Source of the DNA: the human T2T-CHM13v2.0 reference genome, Homo sapiens
Assembly (NCBI RefSeq): GCF_009914755.1
Contig: NC_060941.1
Reading direction: 5' to 3' (one strand)
Length of the DNA stretch: 64,000 nt
Positions within the stretch are counted from its first letter, which is position 1. Each line of letters opens with the position of its first letter. The translations under genes were made by a program, and so were the position numbers. Shown piece by piece: positions 60,851 through 64,000 of the stretch. The notes under the pieces are model-generated. The model searched no databases. It saw nothing but the letters and a program-made list of their open reading frames with translations, and was not told where the DNA came from.

Positions 60851-62389
60851 CTGTACAGAAGCAAAAGAAAAGGAAGACGTAGCTGTGGTTACGGAGAAAT
60901 GATGTATCTGTCCTGTGAGTCTCTTATTTCCAAGGAAGTCCAAATATCCTAGGAATGATTTCTGAACTGACGTTTCATTGGCTCTGAGTTAACTTGTAGA
61001 GAATGTTTGAGGCTGTGCCCCTTCAGATGCCATTGGTAGAAAAGACCAGTAGGGGTTAAAAGCCAGGCAAGAAGGAAGAATTTAACTTGTTGGAGGCTGG
61101 GATTTCCTGTTTCCAAAATACAGAAGGGTAAGAAGATGAAAAAGCTAAAAAGAGTTGAAGACAATCTCAGAGCTCTAGGAGGAAAAGAAATAGAAGTTAA
61201 AGTAGATCTTGAAATCCACTTAGTCAGATTTTCAATTTTAAAGAGGACTGTCATATACATTTATTTTTTTCTCCCTCTTGAACCTCACTAAAATGTTAGT
61301 AAATTAATATAAACAGTAAAATCCATAACAGAGAGAATGGTGGAGGAGACACTTCTGCTCTAAATCAAACTTATTTTTTTATGACTGCCTAAAGTTCCAT
61401 GGTGTCGATATATCATTATATATTCAACGATTCCTGTTCCTTCCTGCTTTCTATGAACAATACTGCAGAAAACACTCTTGATACATAATCTTACAGATTG
61501 GTGCTTTTACTTCTGTGGTATAGATTCTCAGGAATGGGACAGCTGGTTGAAAGGCATGTGTATTTTTAAAGTATATATAATATGATTCTACCTTTTCCCC
61601 ATAAAATAGGGTTAAAAATCTAATCATACGTATTTGTATCTGTACATAGATATATTTTATAAATGAGTACATAAGTGTGAAAAAATATAGACAAATACAT
61701 GTTATATTTTATGCATCATTTTATACACACAGTAGGGTTATGTGGAAGGAGAGAAATAAAGAGGAAGGCCACATGGGCAGGTGAGAAGAGGCCACAGGAC
61801 AAAAAAAAAAAAAAAAAATACAAAGCTTGAGTAGGTATGCTATGACTGCAATTGTGCAACTTTATGTGTCTATTTAAGAAAATTTTTAAATATAAAATTC
61901 AGAAAACCCATATATGTCCACTGTTTTTACACAGTAATCCACACATAGAAACATATGTGGCCCAGAGCTTAGATGTTTCCACATAACAAGTGGTTACCAC
62001 CAACATGCTCTACCAGCTGAGAGATACTGGTAGACATCTCTCTCACGTCCAAGAACTGAACAAAGGGTGTGCCCTGACAGGCAAAATGCTGGTTCACAGA
62101 CAGCATGTCTCTAAGCACGCTTGCTTCATGGCTGGTGGAGCAGGAGAAATAACTAAGCATTTGGGACCAAAAAGCAAGAACCTTAAATTTCCTTTAAGCT
62201 GGAATGAAGGCTGTTGGCTATAATTAGGAATGGAAACAAACAGATGTTGATAATTTCAACAATAAATTCAAACCAAGATTTTTATCAAGTATTTAGAGTA
62301 TTTTAACAGTTATTAACTACTTCAAGGTTTTCAGTGCATTTTTCTACTATGGGTTTTCTATGTATCCTCTCAGTTGTTAGGAAGTTTAC

Positions 62390-62540
62390 ATGGCAGCTAA
62401 AAGCACTGATTTCGAGTCCTTTACATCTGGGTTTGAATGCTCACATTGCAAACTCAATAGCAGTGATACCTTGTGAAAGCTACTTAACCTCCATGTGTTT
62501 CAGCTTATTCATCTGTAAAATGGTCATAATTATACCCCTC
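62390..62540 (+). mobile_element. MIR
   Basis: CTGGGTTTGAAT...TTCATCTGTAAAATGG. Confidence 0.65.
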
Positions 62541-62720
62541 TACCCTCGGACATTGAATAAGTACTTTTTAAAAAAGATCATTAATAGTATGCTTCTGATT
62601 ATGTTATGCATAAGGGAGATTTTTAAATAACATTTTTGTTTTATAAACATTGCTACTGAAATCACAACAATCCTTACACATGAGGAATGAATGAATTCAA
62701 TTATCATAATCCAATTCTCT

Positions 62721-63036
<316 letters not shown>

Positions 63037-63475
63037 TCAGTCAACTACAAGTCACAAGCAAAATATCTATATAACAACTGTTCAAAGACTCGCGAAAATA
63101 AGCTAAGATTCACTACGCAAGTTTTTCTGGCTTAACCTGCAAATTTGCAGTACATGCTCAAGTATCTCCAAGGAAAAGAATCAAAAGGGCACGATTGTTT
63201 AGTTTTGAATAAGCACTGTCCAAACAAAAAAAAAAAAATGAAGAAAAGCAGCAGAAGAATGTCTCATGAGCCGGGAACTCTGCAACTAAGAGTCACAGCA
63301 AATTATGTATGAGATTAGACTATTTTAAGATTCCATGTTGGTCCAATGATGTACCTTCTTTTTCACTGGATAATTTTTAGAGCCACTAATAGACCATTAT
63401 GCTCTAAAATAATATTTTATTACAAATAAAATATTTTCTATTAACCTATAGGCACCATGTATAAAATAATTAAAT

Positions 63476-63600
63476 GGCTTGGCACAGTGGCACATGCTTG
63501 CAGACCCAGCTATTTGAGATGCTGAGGCAGAAGGATCACTTGAGCCCAGGAGTTTGGGTCCAGCCTGGACAACACAGCAAGATCTCATGTCTTAAGAAAA
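63476..63600 (+). mobile_element. Alu monomer (FLAM-like)
   Basis: Single diverged arm. Confidence 0.7.
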
Positions 63601-64000
63601 TAATTGAATGCATAACTATTAACTCAAAGATAGTGGCAAATATTAACAGAATATGATATTAAATACAATGCTTCAGCAATTCACAAAACGTTAGAAGCTC
63701 ATTTTACTTGAAATTCTAAGTTTGGTTATCAAATACAAAACTTTCAATTTGGTTGGGTCTTAAAAATCACCACTAGGTGGTGCCAATATACACCTTAACA
63801 GCAACTCAAATTTCAGTTTGCATTGGAAAGCCATAGGGTAGTAAGTAAGCACTAAAGTAATATAGTCGCTTACTCTGTTTGCCTCCAGGAAGAACTACTA
63901 ATTATCCTAGATGACAAATAGGATGTTATCATCTCTTACAAGAGACCAAGGAAGGTGTTCCTATGACTTCTGTGTGCAAACCTTTCATGACAAACTTTTA

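Overview
Human-type (primate) genomic DNA covering an internal part of MYO1D (unconventional myosin-Id) on the minus strand. It holds 14 coding exons (numbered 2-15 from my recollection of the gene model), 1818 nt in total, with canonical GT-AG boundaries and a continuous frame. They encode most of the myosin motor domain (P-loop, switch I, TEDS site, switch II, actin-binding segment). The introns are mostly transposable elements: about 25 Alus, old and young L1, L2, MIR, MaLR/ERV LTRs, MER2 and MER20. Three things stand out. First, a ~480-bp TSD-flanked, poly(A)-tailed retrocopy in intron 10 that I recognise as the distal PTEN 3'UTR; it lies antisense to MYO1D, has its own AATAAA and retains miRNA seed sites. 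Second, a rearranged HERV-H next to exon 5, with the LTR7 U3 fused to the tRNA-His PBS, an intact splice donor and no 3' LTR. Third, intact solo LTRs and unusual Alu structures. Repeat family names come from remembered consensus sequences, not a database search. Nearly all ORFs in the supplied track are repeat-derived noise.
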